A DNA stretch of 64,000 bases from Pseudomonadota bacterium. GTDB taxonomy: Bacteria > Bdellovibrionota_C > UBA2361 > SZUA-149 > DAOLCO01. How positions within the stretch are numbered: position 1 is the first letter of the stretch; every line of letters begins with the position of its first letter. The translations under genes were made by a program, and so were the position numbers. The stretch lies in the NCBI GenBank assembly GCA_027487795.1, contig JAIYCX010000028.1, positions 108,028 through 172,027 on the forward strand. The letters run 5' to 3'. Under the pieces are notes generated by a model. That model worked only from the letters and a program-made list of their open reading frames with translations, did no database searches and was not told the DNA's origin. Shown here in pieces: positions 17,968 to 27,765 of this stretch.

Positions 17968-19428
17968 TTATTTTATAACTTTTGGTGCCTGCTCACCATT
18001 AACTTGAAATCTATTCCAAGTTTTCATTAACTTTAGAGCTTCATCTAGTTGAGAATCTATCTCTAATAAATGTTTAAGATCCATATCAATAATAGCTCTT
18101 AAAGTAAGTGGAGCATCATCACCGGCATCCTCAATACCCTTTTCTCCAGTACTTTTATCTTCTGAATTATTATCTTCTGATTTAGCATCCTTAGTAGTAT
18201 CTTTTATTTCCTTAGTCTGCTTTTCTGCTTCTTTCTTATTCGTAGGATTTTTGATTGCACCTGGTAAATCTTTTTCCTTAACTCGCTCTCCCTTTAAGAC
18301 CGCATTAATATCTTCTTTAGTCTTTAGTTTAAATTCAACTTCGATATCAGGCTTAATTCCTTCTGCCTGAATAGATCTTCCATTTTTAGTATAATAAAGA
18401 GCTGTAGTTAATCGAAGAGCATCCCCTGTTTCCATCGGTAAAACTGTTTGAACACTACCCTTACCAAATGTCTGAGCACCGACTACCAATGCACGACCAT
18501 GATCTTGAAGTGCCCCAGCTATAATTTCAGAAGCAGAAGCAGAACCTTCATTAACCAAAAGTACTATTGGATAAGTTGGTTCATTACCATCATTGTGCGC
18601 ATAATACTTTTGTTTTTGACTTTCAAGTCTACCTTCAGTGTAAACGACTACTCCCTCTTTCAAGAATAAATCAGCTATACGAATAGCCTGATTTAATAAT
18701 CCACCTGGATTATTTCTAACATCTAAGATAAGGCCTTTTAATTTAGATCCATCTTCTCCACCTAAAGCAACTAGTGCATCTTTGAATTCTTCAGAAGAAC
18801 CTTCTTGAAACTGTACTAATTTAATATAGCCATAACCAGCATCTAAGCTTCTATATCTGACGCTTTTAACTTTGATAATATCTCTTACAATACTAATTGG
18901 TAGAAGACCTTTAGTATTTTTTCTCAGTACTGAGATCTTTACACTAGTCCCTTTAGGACCTTTCATTCTTTTAACAGCTTCTTCAAGTGTTAAATTTTTT
19001 GTAAACTCTTCTTCTATTTTTATAATATGATCTCCAGGTTTTACTCCTGCTCTAAATGCTGGAGAATCTTCTATAGGTGAGATAACAGTCAGCACACCTT
19101 CTTTCATATTAATTTCGATACCAAGACCACCAAACTCTCCTGATGTTTCTTCTTTCAAAGAACCATAAGTATCCCCATTCATGTAACTAGTATGCGGATC
19201 AAGAGTCATCAACATTCCCTTAATCGCACCTTCAACCATTTGATTTATGTTAATCGCTTCAACATAATTTTTTTCAACTAATGTAATTACATTCGCAAAA
19301 GTCTTAAGTATTTTATACTCATCAAATTTTTCTGTTTGCACTGCTTGGGCTACATCTACAACTCTTGGAGTTAATGCACCAACAGCGATAAAAAAAATGG
19401 CAAAAGGTAGTCTTTTTAAGAGTTTCAT
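17968..19428 (-). CDS. ctpA: Carboxyl-terminal processing protease (S41, tail-specific protease family) with a PDZ domain
   Basis: Signal peptide. PDZ 'GDHIIKIEEE'. S41 catalytic Ser context 'NEGSASASEI' and Lys context. Acidic C-terminal tail. Confidence 0.85.
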   Translation of the reverse strand: MKLLKRLPFAIFFIAVGALTPRVVDVAQAVQTEKFDEYKILKTFANVITLVEKNYVEAININQMVEGAIKGMLMTLDPHTSYMNGDTYGSLKEETSGEFGGLGIEINMKEGVLTVISPIEDSPAFRAGVKPGDHIIKIEEEFTKNLTLEEAVKRMKGPKGTSVKISVLRKNTKGLLPISIVRDIIKVKSVRYRSLDAGYGYIKLVQFQEGSSEEFKDALVALGGEDGSKLKGLILDVRNNPGGLLNQAIRIADLFLKEGVVVYTEGRLESQKQKYYAHNDGNEPTYPIVLLVNEGSASASEIIAGALQDHGRALVVGAQTFGKGSVQTVLPMETGDALRLTTALYYTKNGRSIQAEGIKPDIEVEFKLKTKEDINAVLKGERVKEKDLPGAIKNPTNKKEAEKQTKEIKDTTKDAKSEDNNSEDKSTGEKGIEDAGDDAPLTLRAIIDMDLKHLLEIDSQLDEALKLMKTWNRFQVNGEQAPKVIK

Positions 19429-19504
19429 ATTTTAGGGTAGATTTTTAAATTCTTTTACGTAATTAAACTATCGATTTACGATTCTTACAATTACTATATG
19501 GTTA

Positions 19505-20773
19505 CTATTTCTTTGCAAAATATTTTTCTGGATCCAAAGGACTACCGCTTTTTCTTAGTTCAAAATAGAAATTTCTTCCTTTTTCATCTGGTGCAGAAGA
19601 TTTACCTAGGGTATTTCCTGCTGTTACCTCCTGACCTATTGAAACAGAGCTGATAATCCTACCATACAATGAAAATAAACGATTATCATGCTCAAGAATA
19701 ACAACATTCCCGTAGCTTGCTAACTCTGAGTTAAATACTACTTTTCCAGGCAAAACTGCCTTAATGTCTGAACTAATAGGACAAGTAAATTCAACACCCT
19801 TAGTTTGAACCATTTCTTTAAAATCTTCATGCTTATGTTTACCAAAATGTTGAATAATACTACCCGATACAGGCAGTAATAGTCCTCCTACTTTCAAAGC
19901 AGAATTTTCAGGGTTTGTTATTCCCGATTCAATAACACTAGGAATTGGAATATTAATATTTGAAGACTCTTCTATATTACCACCTGTAAGTTCTCTAATA
20001 GTATTTTCGAAATCTTCTTCCTGCTTTTTTAAAGAAGTTAGAGTAACTTCTCTTTTTTCAAGTAAAACTTTTAAATCCCGTACTCGTTTTGCCTCTTCAA
20101 TTTTCTTTTTAGTCAGTTCTTCTTTTTTAGTTTGTAACAGTACTTTAGACCCTTCCTCTTCATGCCTCAATCTAGACATTTCAGATATCCCGCTTTTGAG
20201 AGTTTCGATCAAATTTTCAAACTCTACTAATTGGTTACCATCCTTTTCTAATAGTCTCTGTATATAAGAAGCTCTTCTATAAATAGAATGAACATTTTCT
20301 GAAGCCATTATAAAACTTAAAGCAGGTAAACCTCTTCTCGTTTTATACATACCGATAATTCTTTGCCTCAGAGCCAATTTCTTATCATGAATCTGGGCTT
20401 TGACATCATCCATTTGAAAGGAAAGATTTGAAATTCTTTTCTCTATTTTACTAAGCTCTAAATTTTCACTAACTATACTTTTATCTAATGTTTTAATCTC
20501 AGTATCTAATGCTATTAAGGCCTTATTCCCCTCATTAAATGCATCATTTGAGATCTTAGCCTCATTCTCAGCATTAACTAACTTTGCTCTTAAAATTCTT
20601 AAACTTCGTCCAATATCTTTAATTTTTTTTGCATTATCTACTTCACTAGCGCCGACATTATCAGCGTCTATATTTGCTACTTCTCGGGTCTTTTCAGCAT
20701 CTTTCCCTAGCTCCTCTTGAGAAAGGACATTAGTAGAAAATAGAAGTATTGATAAAAAAACTACTTTAGCCAT
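19505..20773 (-). CDS. EnvC-like murein hydrolase activator: coiled-coil N-terminal region plus C-terminal M23 (LytM) peptidase domain
   Basis: Signal peptide. Long heptad-like coiled-coil region. C-terminal 'GKVVFNSELASYGNVVILEHDNRLFSLYGRI', an M23 signature. Overlaps the ftsX end. Part of the ftsE-ftsX-envC operon. Confidence 0.75.
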   Translation of the reverse strand: MAKVVFLSILLFSTNVLSQEELGKDAEKTREVANIDADNVGASEVDNAKKIKDIGRSLRILRAKLVNAENEAKISNDAFNEGNKALIALDTEIKTLDKSIVSENLELSKIEKRISNLSFQMDDVKAQIHDKKLALRQRIIGMYKTRRGLPALSFIMASENVHSIYRRASYIQRLLEKDGNQLVEFENLIETLKSGISEMSRLRHEEEGSKVLLQTKKEELTKKKIEEAKRVRDLKVLLEKREVTLTSLKKQEEDFENTIRELTGGNIEESSNINIPIPSVIESGITNPENSALKVGGLLLPVSGSIIQHFGKHKHEDFKEMVQTKGVEFTCPISSDIKAVLPGKVVFNSELASYGNVVILEHDNRLFSLYGRIISSVSIGQEVTAGNTLGKSSAPDEKGRNFYFELRKSGSPLDPEKYFAKK

Positions 20774-21795
20774 TTTTTCAAAGCTAAGGCACTACCGCCC
20801 AATCCTAATAAACCACCACTAATTATGACTAGTAGTAGTCCCCATATTCCTAAAAATTTGATTGCGTCATACGCTACTCCAAAAACAAGATAAGAATTAA
20901 GTGGCGCAACAAAAGTAATATATAAAAAATATCCAACAAAAAGTGCCGCAAAACCACCAAAAATACCAAGAACGAGACCTGATAATAAATACGGCTTAAT
21001 AACCATAGAAGCAGGTGCACCTACAAGTTGCATTATCTCTATTTCTTCTTTTTTCGAGAAAAGCATCAATTTAATAACGTTTGCAACTAAGAAAATAACC
21101 ACTAAAGTGACAATGACCATTACAGTTAAAGACATTTGAAATACTCCCGTCCTGAATGTTTCCGCTACAGAAGTCCAAGGAGCGCCAAATACTACTTCAT
21201 CAACCCCTTCAACGGTTTGAAACTTAGCTAATATTTTCTCTTTACTTAATTGAAAACTATTTGTTGTATCAGTTGACTCCACTTCACTTCGTATTGCAAA
21301 CTCGATAGAACTAGGAAGTGGATTCTCCTCGAGACCTTTTACTAAATCAATTCTAGTTCCTAAGTCCTCTTTAAATAGTTCAAGGGCTTCTTGCTTATTA
21401 ATATACCTACCAGGTGTAGCTCCAAGTTCTAAAAGTTGATTTTTAATAACTTCGACTTGCTTTGTACTTACTCCTTCTTTTAAATAAACAACAGCTTCAT
21501 TGCTTTTTCCAACTTGATTCAAAAGTCGCTTTAAATTCTCATCGAAGATCAAAAATAAAGTCATTATTAACAAAGCTGATGTGATAGAAATTAAAGAGGC
21601 TATAGCAGTGCCCGGAACGGAGCGGAGAGTTGAGATACTACTTCTTATAACAGACTTAATTTTTTCTTCTTTAGTTTCTTGTTCTAATAGTTCTTCAGAC
21701 TTCCAATATTTACTAAGAAAAGTTGAACCAAATTCAAACTTAGTATCACTTACAATTGATCCAGCATTAGTTACTGTTTCTTTTCTGCCTTCCAT
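20761..21795 (-). CDS. ftsX: Cell-division ABC transporter permease FtsX
   Basis: One N-terminal TM, a large periplasmic loop, and three C-terminal TMs. Immediately downstream of ftsE. Overlaps the envC-like gene. Confidence 0.75.
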   Translation of the reverse strand: MEGRKETVTNAGSIVSDTKFEFGSTFLSKYWKSEELLEQETKEEKIKSVIRSSISTLRSVPGTAIASLISITSALLIMTLFLIFDENLKRLLNQVGKSNEAVVYLKEGVSTKQVEVIKNQLLELGATPGRYINKQEALELFKEDLGTRIDLVKGLEENPLPSSIEFAIRSEVESTDTTNSFQLSKEKILAKFQTVEGVDEVVFGAPWTSVAETFRTGVFQMSLTVMVIVTLVVIFLVANVIKLMLFSKKEEIEIMQLVGAPASMVIKPYLLSGLVLGIFGGFAALFVGYFLYITFVAPLNSYLVFGVAYDAIKFLGIWGLLLVIISGGLLGLGGSALALKKWLK

Positions 21796-21797
21796 GA

Positions 21798-22577
21798 TTA
21801 CTGCCTAACCTTTGAAAAATCCCCAATTAACTTCCCCTTATCTAGAACTAATGTTCTTCTATTTAATTCTTCAATGAGTGGAATATTGTGAGAAGCAACG
21901 ATAACAGTAGAACCGCAATTATTCGCTTCTAATAAAAGGTTAAAAACTGTATAAGTCATATCTGGGTCAAGATTCCCAGTGGGCTCATCTGCTAAAATTA
22001 ACTTAGGTTTTGTTATTAGTGCTCTAGCCACAGCCACTCTCTGTTGTTCTCCGCCAGAAAGACTTCGCGGAAACTGATGTACTTTATCTCGCAAACCAAG
22101 AGAAGCAAGTATTTGATATGAAACTTTCTCTCTTGCAGCTTTTGCAATAGATCGTAACTCAAGTACATAAGCTACATTTTCTAATATAGTCTTTGATTGA
22201 ATTAATTTATAATCTTGAAATATAACCCCTATATCTTGTCGTAACTGAGTACGTGCAAACGAATTTAAATTTCTCAAATTCCTGCCAAGCACAACTCCTT
22301 CTCCTAGAGTCGGTCTTTCTTCACCAAGTAAAATCCTTAAAAAAGTCGACTTTCCCGCCCCACTTGATCCAGCGACAAACGCAAACTCACCTTCATTAAC
22401 ACTTACATTTAATCCACTAAGCGCTGCCTGGTCTTTATTATATACTTTTGTAATATTACTTAATGAAAAGGCTAAATCGACTTGCCCCTTTTGTCTGATC
22501 CTTTCTAGATCATCTTCTTGAGTCTGCTTTTGTTCCAGCTTTCTGTCTTTATTTGCTTTTACTGCCAAGTTAGTCAA
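21798..22577 (-). CDS. ftsE: Cell-division ABC transporter ATP-binding protein FtsE
   Basis: Walker A 'GSSGAGKST'. ABC signature '[15 protein letters not shown]'. Walker B '[11 protein letters not shown]'. H-loop. Confidence 0.85.
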   Translation of the reverse strand: MTNLAVKANKDRKLEQKQTQEDDLERIRQKGQVDLAFSLSNITKVYNKDQAALSGLNVSVNEGEFAFVAGSSGAGKSTFLRILLGEERPTLGEGVVLGRNLRNLNSFARTQLRQDIGVIFQDYKLIQSKTILENVAYVLELRSIAKAAREKVSYQILASLGLRDKVHQFPRSLSGGEQQRVAVARALITKPKLILADEPTGNLDPDMTYTVFNLLLEANNCGSTVIVASHNIPLIEELNRRTLVLDKGKLIGDFSKVRQ

Positions 22578-22595
22578 ATTTTTACCTTAAAAAAG

Positions 22596-23072
22596 CTATT
22601 TTTTAATTAAACTTCCCTTAGCACTAAGTATCTCTATTTGATAATTTGCCGATGGAGAGCAAGAAAACGCAATAGTATTAGACTCACCAGGCTTTAATCT
22701 CATGGAATTAGTTGATTTTGTAACAGGTTTACCCCCAGCTTTTCCTTCGTTTATAGCTATAGAAGTTGTATATTGGATGCACTTACTAGTATTTGATACT
22801 ACCGTTTCACATTTTGAATTATCTAGCTTTTTTATTGAAGCTGTAATTTTTGAAGGTACGCCACCAGGAGTGGCATCCGAAACATCACCATCTATTACAA
22901 ATCCTCCAGTAGAATAATTCCCAACACTTGCTATAACTCCAAAATTTGTATCCGCTATTGATTCAGTACATTCCTTACTAGAATCTTTTTTAACTTCTGC
23001 TATAGCTAAAGAGCTAAAGTTTACTAAGGCGAAATTTAGTACTGCAAATGAGAATATAATTATGGCTTTCAT
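22596..23072 (-). CDS. Small secreted hypothetical protein
   Basis: Signal peptide MKAIIIFSFAVLNFALVNFSSLAIA. 158 aa, Cys-containing, no recognisable family. Confidence 0.45.
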   Translation of the reverse strand: MKAIIIFSFAVLNFALVNFSSLAIAEVKKDSSKECTESIADTNFGVIASVGNYSTGGFVIDGDVSDATPGGVPSKITASIKKLDNSKCETVVSNTSKCIQYTTSIAINEGKAGGKPVTKSTNSMRLKPGESNTIAFSCSPSANYQIEILSAKGSLIKK

Positions 23073-23158
23073 TTAGTTTTACAAATATTAGATTATAAAA
23101 CTATTCTACTCTGATCATCCTCGTTAAAACAAGATAAAACTTTTAAAATGTAGCTTAT

Positions 23159-24178
23159 TTAAAAGCCTTGATGTTGATAACCGATATCTGCGTAAGAACA
23201 ATTATTCTTCTTCAAAAAATCAGATAAAGGGACTAATTTCTCATCCAAATAGAAAAATAATTGCTCTTCTTTCTGCAGTACAATCTCACCGATAACTTGT
23301 ACCTTTGGAAATTTCTTTAGCAATTCACTAAGTACAGTAGTATCTTCTTTATTATTTCTTACTGAAAATAATAATGCATATTCTTCGCCTGAAGATAACT
23401 TAGCAAGAACTGATAGGTTTTTTAAATAACTTGAAAAATAATCAAGTCTTATGTTCATACTTACAGAACTTCTATTGCAAATATGAATAGCATCTTGAAT
23501 TAAGCCATCACTGATATCTATCATAGAGGTAGCAAGTCCTAGCTCACCTAAATACTTTCCTAATATTACCTCTGCTTTTGGTCTTTTATGTATATTTATA
23601 GCTTTCTGAACTTCTATATTTTCAAATTCTTCTTTTTGAGTACCACTAAGATAACTTAAGCCAAGAGCAGAATAACCTACAGCACCAGATAAAAATAATA
23701 GATCACCAGGCTGCGCACCTGATCTAAATATAGGACCTTTAAAATTAGCACTATTACCAATTACCGTAATACTGACAAAAAAAGTATCGCTAAATACTGT
23801 ATCTCCCCCTAAAAGCTTAGTTACAATACCAAATTCACTTTCTTTATATAAAAAATACTCTAAAAATCCCTGATATAATTCTTTTACAATTTCAGAATAC
23901 CCTTTCGGAACACCTATAGAAAAAAGATACCCTATGGTAGACCCTCCCATCGCAGCAATGTCACTATCGTTTGCCGCCAAAGCTTTCCAGGCAATATCTC
24001 TAGGATTAGACCATGATAATTTAAAATGTACATTTTCTACTAGTGAATCTGTAGAAATTACTGAAGAGTTCCTAGCAGTAATAACCGCACAATCATCCCC
24101 GGGACCTTCAGGTAGACTTTTAAATCTTTCAGGAAAGATTTTTAAGCACTCATCTAAAAGATCAAATTCACGCATCAT
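23159..24178 (-). CDS. thiL: Thiamine-monophosphate kinase (AIR-synthase-related fold)
   Basis: 'GPGDDCAVI' N-terminal motif and PurM-like architecture. ~339 aa. Overlaps the glgB stop by 11 bp. Confidence 0.7.
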   Translation of the reverse strand: MMREFDLLDECLKIFPERFKSLPEGPGDDCAVITARNSSVISTDSLVENVHFKLSWSNPRDIAWKALAANDSDIAAMGGSTIGYLFSIGVPKGYSEIVKELYQGFLEYFLYKESEFGIVTKLLGGDTVFSDTFFVSITVIGNSANFKGPIFRSGAQPGDLLFLSGAVGYSALGLSYLSGTQKEEFENIEVQKAINIHKRPKAEVILGKYLGELGLATSMIDISDGLIQDAIHICNRSSVSMNIRLDYFSSYLKNLSVLAKLSSGEEYALLFSVRNNKEDTTVLSELLKKFPKVQVIGEIVLQKEEQLFFYLDEKLVPLSDFLKKNNCSYADIGYQHQGF

Positions 24179-26090
24179 TTGAAGTCTTAGTTAATAAGAA
24201 TGCTCCTAAAGGAGCTAGTTTAATACAAATTGAATTTGGGAATCCATGACATGGAATAGGGTCTGAAATAACCTTGCCTAGATTTCCAAGATTACTACCA
24301 CCATAAATATTCGAATCAGAATTAAATATCTCCTCCCATTCCCCAGCTGTCGGAACTCCTATTCTATATTCTTCTCGCACTATTGGTGTAAAATTAAATA
24401 CTGCGATTATTGGAGATTTTCTTTCCTTATCAAAACGTAAAAAACTAATAGAGCTATTTGAATAGTCATCTACCGATAACCACTGAAAACCTTCATGAGA
24501 AAAATCTAGTTCATGTAATGCTGGACTTGATACTAATATTTTATTTAAATCTTTTACTAGGCTACTCACACCACTATGATTTGGATATTGAAGTAATCCC
24601 CAAGGCAAATCTCTTTCATGAGACCATTCTTCCCACATTGCGAGTTCGGAGCCCATAAATAAAAGCTTCTTCCCGGGATGAGCATACATATAGCTTAGCA
24701 ATAATCTTAAATGCGCGAACTTTTGCCATTCGTCACCTGGCATTTTATTAATCAGAGATTTTTTCTCGTGCACTACTTCATCATGCGACAGAGGCAGAAT
24801 AAAGTTCTCGTTATGGGAGTAAACCATACTAAAAGTTATAGTACTATGCTCAAACGATCTATATATAGGATCTTTTTCAAAGTACCTAAGAGTATCGTTC
24901 ATCCATCCCATATTCCACTTAAAACCAAAGCCTAGTCCTTCTTCTGAAGTAGGTTTAGTAACTTTAGGCCAAGCAGTTGATTCTTCAGCAATCATTAAAG
25001 TATTTGGAAATTCCCTATAAACTTCTGCATTTAAAGACTGTAAAAAAGTCATTGCTTCAAGATTTTCTCTACCGCCATATTTATTTGGTATCCAACTATC
25101 GGCTTTTCTAGAATAATCTAGATATAGCATTGAAGCTACAGCATCTATTCTAAGCCCATCGATATGAAACATTTCTAACCAAAACATTGCATTAGAAATC
25201 AAATAAGAGCTAACTTCCTTTCTACCAAAGTTAAATATATAAGTTCCCCAATCTGGATGATACCCCTGTCTAGGATCTTCATGCTCATATAGATATGTGC
25301 CATCAAATCTAGCTAAAGAATGCTCATCAGTGGCAAAGTGCGCAGGGACCCAATCTAAAATAACTCCAATCCCGGCTTGATGAAGTTTATCCACCAAATA
25401 CATAAATTCTTTTGGAGTACCAAATCTACTATTAACAGAAAAATAACCTGTAGTTTGATAGCCCCAAGAACCGTCATATGGATGCTCACTAACCGGTAAA
25501 AATTCAACATGCGTGAAGCCAAGATCATTTAAATACTGCGGCAGAGTCTCTGCTAGTCTATGATAAGTAACCCCTCTGAATTCTGGATTTTGATCATGTT
25601 CAAAATACCTCCAAGAGCCAAGATGAAGCTCGTATATTGAAACAGGAGAAGAATAAATATCTTTTGTATTTTTAGATTCTATCCATTGTTTATCCTGCCA
25701 ATCATAACCATCTAAAGAATAAATTTTAGAAGCCGTCCTTGGTCTGACTTCAGAGAAAAAAGCATAAGGATCAGCTTTTTCTAAAACTTCACCTGTATTT
25801 GATTTTATAAAATATTTATAACAGTCTCCCTCGTGCGCCTCTGCTATATGGCCAGACCAAAGACCAGAACTTTCTAAACGCTGAAGACTTGATGCTGCAC
25901 TATTCCAACCGTTAAAATCACCAATGACAGAAACGTATTCTGCATTTGGAGCCCAAACAGTAAAATTTGCACCTATTTTTTTTTGTTCTTTATTGAAGGA
26001 TCCTAAAAGATGACATCCAAGGGACTTATAACCTTTGAATAATGAACCTTGATTAAATAAAAATAAATCCTCTTTACTAACTTTACTCAT
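24168..26090 (-). CDS. glgB: 1,4-alpha-glucan branching enzyme (GH13)
   Basis: GH13 catalytic regions 'GLRIDAVASMLY' (Asp nucleophile), 'MIAEESTAW' (Glu acid/base) and 'LPLSHDEVVH'. N-terminal CBM48-like region. 640 aa. Confidence 0.9.
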   Translation of the reverse strand: MSKVSKEDLFLFNQGSLFKGYKSLGCHLLGSFNKEQKKIGANFTVWAPNAEYVSVIGDFNGWNSAASSLQRLESSGLWSGHIAEAHEGDCYKYFIKSNTGEVLEKADPYAFFSEVRPRTASKIYSLDGYDWQDKQWIESKNTKDIYSSPVSIYELHLGSWRYFEHDQNPEFRGVTYHRLAETLPQYLNDLGFTHVEFLPVSEHPYDGSWGYQTTGYFSVNSRFGTPKEFMYLVDKLHQAGIGVILDWVPAHFATDEHSLARFDGTYLYEHEDPRQGYHPDWGTYIFNFGRKEVSSYLISNAMFWLEMFHIDGLRIDAVASMLYLDYSRKADSWIPNKYGGRENLEAMTFLQSLNAEVYREFPNTLMIAEESTAWPKVTKPTSEEGLGFGFKWNMGWMNDTLRYFEKDPIYRSFEHSTITFSMVYSHNENFILPLSHDEVVHEKKSLINKMPGDEWQKFAHLRLLLSYMYAHPGKKLLFMGSELAMWEEWSHERDLPWGLLQYPNHSGVSSLVKDLNKILVSSPALHELDFSHEGFQWLSVDDYSNSSISFLRFDKERKSPIIAVFNFTPIVREEYRIGVPTAGEWEEIFNSDSNIYGGSNLGNLGKVISDPIPCHGFPNSICIKLAPLGAFLLTKTSNDA

Positions 26091-27731
26091 TTACGTAGCT
26101 AATGCTATCTCATTAGTTTTCAAATTATAATCATCTGTTCTTGGGCTATCATTTGAAGCTGTATGCTTCCACGCATGATAACTACTTCTAACCAAGGGCC
26201 CAGACTCGACATGGGAAAATCCCAAACTGTTTCCTACTTCTTCATAAAACTTAAATTCTTCTGGCGTAACAAATCTAAGTACTGGTAGTTGCTTCCCTGT
26301 TGGTTGCAAATACTGCCCAATAGTCAAAATATCTACTGAAGAAGCTCGGAGTCTTTTCATCACTTCTATAACTTCTTCTTTTTCCTCACCGAGTCCAACC
26401 ATTAGACCAGATTTAGTTTTAACGCTAGGTAAAATCTCTTTTGCCCAAGCTAATATATCAAGTGATCTTTGAAATATCGCCCCAGGTCTTACAGTTTTAT
26501 AAAGCCTAGGAACTGTTTCAACATTATGATTTAAAACTTTTAGCATTTTACTAGCTAAAATTGTTTCAACTAATTCCTTTCTTCCTCTCATGTCAGGAAT
26601 TAAAAACTCTACATCACAGTCAGGTGATAGTTTTTTAATAGCTCTAATAGTTTTATCAAAGTGACTCGCACCCATATCAGCGATATCATCTCTATTAACA
26701 GAGGTAATAACTATATGTCTTAGACCTAAACTTTTAACTGCTTGCGAAACTCTTACAGGCTCTAAAGGATCCAGCGGTGACAAATTTTCAAGAGAACCAT
26801 CTTTCACTGAACAGAAAGAACATCTTCTTGTACAAAGATCTCCCATTATCATAAATGTTGCAGTCCCATGAGACCAACATTCACCCATGTTTGGGCACTT
26901 TGCTTCTTCACAAACTGTGACTAATTTTAAGTCATCTACTATTTGTTTTGTCTCTAAAAATTCAGGCGAGCCCGGAGCCTTAACTCTTAACCAACTTGGA
27001 CGAGCTCTTTTTCTAACAGAAATTTCACCTTGAGTAGGTTTTTGATCTAAGTTTATTTGAAGTTTAAAAACGGCTGTAAAACTATCAATCAAAGCCGACC
27101 TTACACTATTTATATCAGGGCATTTATCTCCTAATATATCCAACATCGAAGTCATAACGGTACCATCTTGACCACAAGGTTGTATCGCATAGAAATAATC
27201 TAAGTCCGGACAAACATTTAAAGCTAGACCATGATAACTAGTCCACTTTCTTACTCCAATTCCGATCGATGAAATTTTCCTGTAAGTTTGTTCGCCAGAA
27301 TTATTATGAGCTCTCTTAACCCAAACTCCAGTAAGGCCTTCAATCCTTTCTCCAAGAATCCCGAAACAAGATAGAGTTCGGATTACTACATCTTCTAATC
27401 TTCTTAAAAATTTATGAACATCCTTTTCGAAATCAGCCAGACTAAAAATCGGATACGCGACTAATTGCCCAGGCCCATGATAAGTAGCCTGACCACCTCT
27501 ACCTATTTCTACCCAGCGCACATCCTTACATTTCGAAATTGTCGGAACTAAGAATGGAGAACTTCTACCACTAGTATAAACATGGTCATGTTCAACAACT
27601 ACTAGAGTATTAGGAATTGTCTCATCTTTTAAACGCGCATCAAGTATATTAGTCTGGATACTGAGCGTAGAAGAATAATCTTCAGGCCCCGGCCGATCAA
27701 CAACTACTAGTGGTAATACTTTTCCGCGCAT
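26091..27731 (-). CDS. Fused octanoyltransferase (LipB-like) and lipoyl synthase (LipA) bifunctional protein
   Basis: N-terminal half: LipB motifs 'GRGGQATYHGPGQLVAYP', catalytic Lys 'RKISSIGIGV', 'PCG'. C-terminal half: radical-SAM lipoyl synthase cysteines 'CEEAKCPNMGECW' and 'CTRRCSFC'. One continuous 546-aa ORF. Confidence 0.8.
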   Translation of the reverse strand: MRGKVLPLVVVDRPGPEDYSSTLSIQTNILDARLKDETIPNTLVVVEHDHVYTSGRSSPFLVPTISKCKDVRWVEIGRGGQATYHGPGQLVAYPIFSLADFEKDVHKFLRRLEDVVIRTLSCFGILGERIEGLTGVWVKRAHNNSGEQTYRKISSIGIGVRKWTSYHGLALNVCPDLDYFYAIQPCGQDGTVMTSMLDILGDKCPDINSVRSALIDSFTAVFKLQINLDQKPTQGEISVRKRARPSWLRVKAPGSPEFLETKQIVDDLKLVTVCEEAKCPNMGECWSHGTATFMIMGDLCTRRCSFCSVKDGSLENLSPLDPLEPVRVSQAVKSLGLRHIVITSVNRDDIADMGASHFDKTIRAIKKLSPDCDVEFLIPDMRGRKELVETILASKMLKVLNHNVETVPRLYKTVRPGAIFQRSLDILAWAKEILPSVKTKSGLMVGLGEEKEEVIEVMKRLRASSVDILTIGQYLQPTGKQLPVLRFVTPEEFKFYEEVGNSLGFSHVESGPLVRSSYHAWKHTASNDSPRTDDYNLKTNEIALAT

Positions 27732-27765
27732 AGAAGCATCTTTATATAAATTTACTTAATTTAAA